From: Archangium sp.
GTDB taxonomy: Bacteria; Myxococcota; Myxococcia; Myxococcales; Myxococcaceae
Direction: 5' to 3'
NCBI GenBank assembly: GCA_031367385.1
Contig: JANLPS010000052.1
Span: 1 to 16,358, forward strand
DNA: 16,358 bases
Part shown: one piece after another, positions 15,525 to 16,358 of the stretch
Numbering within the stretch: position 1 is the stretch's first letter
How the letters are laid out: every line of letters starts with the position of its first letter
Notes under the pieces: generated by a model
Database searches by the model: none
What the model was told of the DNA's origin: nothing
The model's input: the letters and a program-made list of their open reading frames with translations, nothing else
Translations under genes and position numbers: made by a program

Positions 15525-16358
15525 ATGAAGGTACCCAGACTCGCCGCGCGACCGGTCGATGCACCGCGTGATGATTCGCCGGTGACGATGCTCGAGTTGT
15601 TCTTCGATCTGGTGTTCGTCTTTGTCATCACCCAAGTCACGGCGCTCATCAACCCAGCCAGCGGGTGGGCCGGGTACGGGCGGGCTGCGCTCGTGTTGTC
15701 GTTGACCTGGTACATCTACAACGGGTTCGCGTGGCTCGCGAACAACGTGCCGCCCACCACGCTGAGCATTCGACTGCCGATGTTCGCCGCGATGGCGTGC
15801 TTTCTCGCGATGGCGGTGGTTGTGCCCGAGGCGTTTGGCACCGGCGCCTGGCTGTTCGCACTCGCGTATTTGATGGTGGTGCTCATTCATGCGGTTCAGT
15901 TCGCCCGCTCGTCGCTCGGCACCTCGGCGAGCGCGATTCGCCGCATTCTCCCGGTCAATGTCTCAATCGCCGGGCTGGTCTTGGTCGCGGCCGCAGTAGG
16001 CCCGACCTGGGGCTGGGTCGCGTGGTGCCTCGCGGTGGCTCTGATTTTCGCCTCCGCCTTCATTCGCAGCGCGCAGTTCACGCTGCGCGCACACCACTTC
16101 GCGGAGCGGCATCAACTGCTCGTCATTATCGCGCTCGGGGAGACCATCATTCAGGTCGGTCAGGGCTCGGCCCGTCGGCTGATGGAGCCGCCGGTAGGGG
16201 CCGCATTCGTCGCCGGGCTCTCACTCATCATCGCGCTGTGGTGGGTGTACTTTGGCACGGGTGACGATGCGCGAGGCGCGCACGCCTTCTCTCTGACGCC
16301 CGACGACGGGCGCGCCATTCTGGGGGCGCGGGCCTATTCAGCGGCACACCTTCTCCAC
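15525..16358 (+). CDS. ltrA: Low temperature requirement protein A family membrane protein, 3'-truncated by the window edge
   Basis: Manual translation from ATG 15525 gives VTMLELFFDLVFVFVITQVT and, in the same frame, HFAERHQLLVIIALGETI (from 16095). Missing from the ORF track because it has no stop in the window. Confidence 0.88.
   Translation, partial: MKVPRLAARPVDAPRDDSPVTMLELFFDLVFVFVITQVTALINPASGWAGYGRAALVLSLTWYIYNGFAWLANNVPPTTLSIRLPMFAAMACFLAMAVVVPEAFGTGAWLFALAYLMVVLIHAVQFARSSLGTSASAIRRILPVNVSIAGLVLVAAAVGPTWGWVAWCLAVALIFASAFIRSAQFTLRAHHFAERHQLLVIIALGETIIQVGQGSARRLMEPPVGAAFVAGLSLIIALWWVYFGTGDDARGAHAFSLTPDDGRAILGARAYSAAHLLH

Overview
GC-rich bacterial window, most likely Myxococcota. This is inferred from MYXO-CTERM-type tails, Cys-rich lipoproteins and a TonB_C-fused receptor. 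From left to right it contains: the 5' end of a minus-strand gene; a Cys-rich lipoprotein; a minus-strand TonB-dependent receptor with a coupled lipoprotein; a sigma-54 promoter driving a small basic protein, then Trm112-like and TatD genes; a minus-strand lipoprotein with two c-type-cytochrome-like domains joined by nine 8-Cys repeats; TcdA/ThiF; two tandem paralogous lamin-tail/Cys-rich/MYXO-CTERM surface proteins; a SOUL heme-binding protein; an SDR with an AraC regulator; a 4-TM membrane protein; and a partial LtrA. No rRNA, tRNA, CRISPR array or mobile element was seen. The most unusual items are the cytochrome-rod-cytochrome lipoprotein with a CX9CH motif, the strict D-[A/G/S]-G motif shared by five exported proteins, double lipid-anchor signals on the paralogs, an actinobacterial-style Trm112, AraC-like tandem operator half-sites and a coding-like orphan segment behind the SOUL gene. 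All family assignments come from motif recognition by eye; no searches were run.
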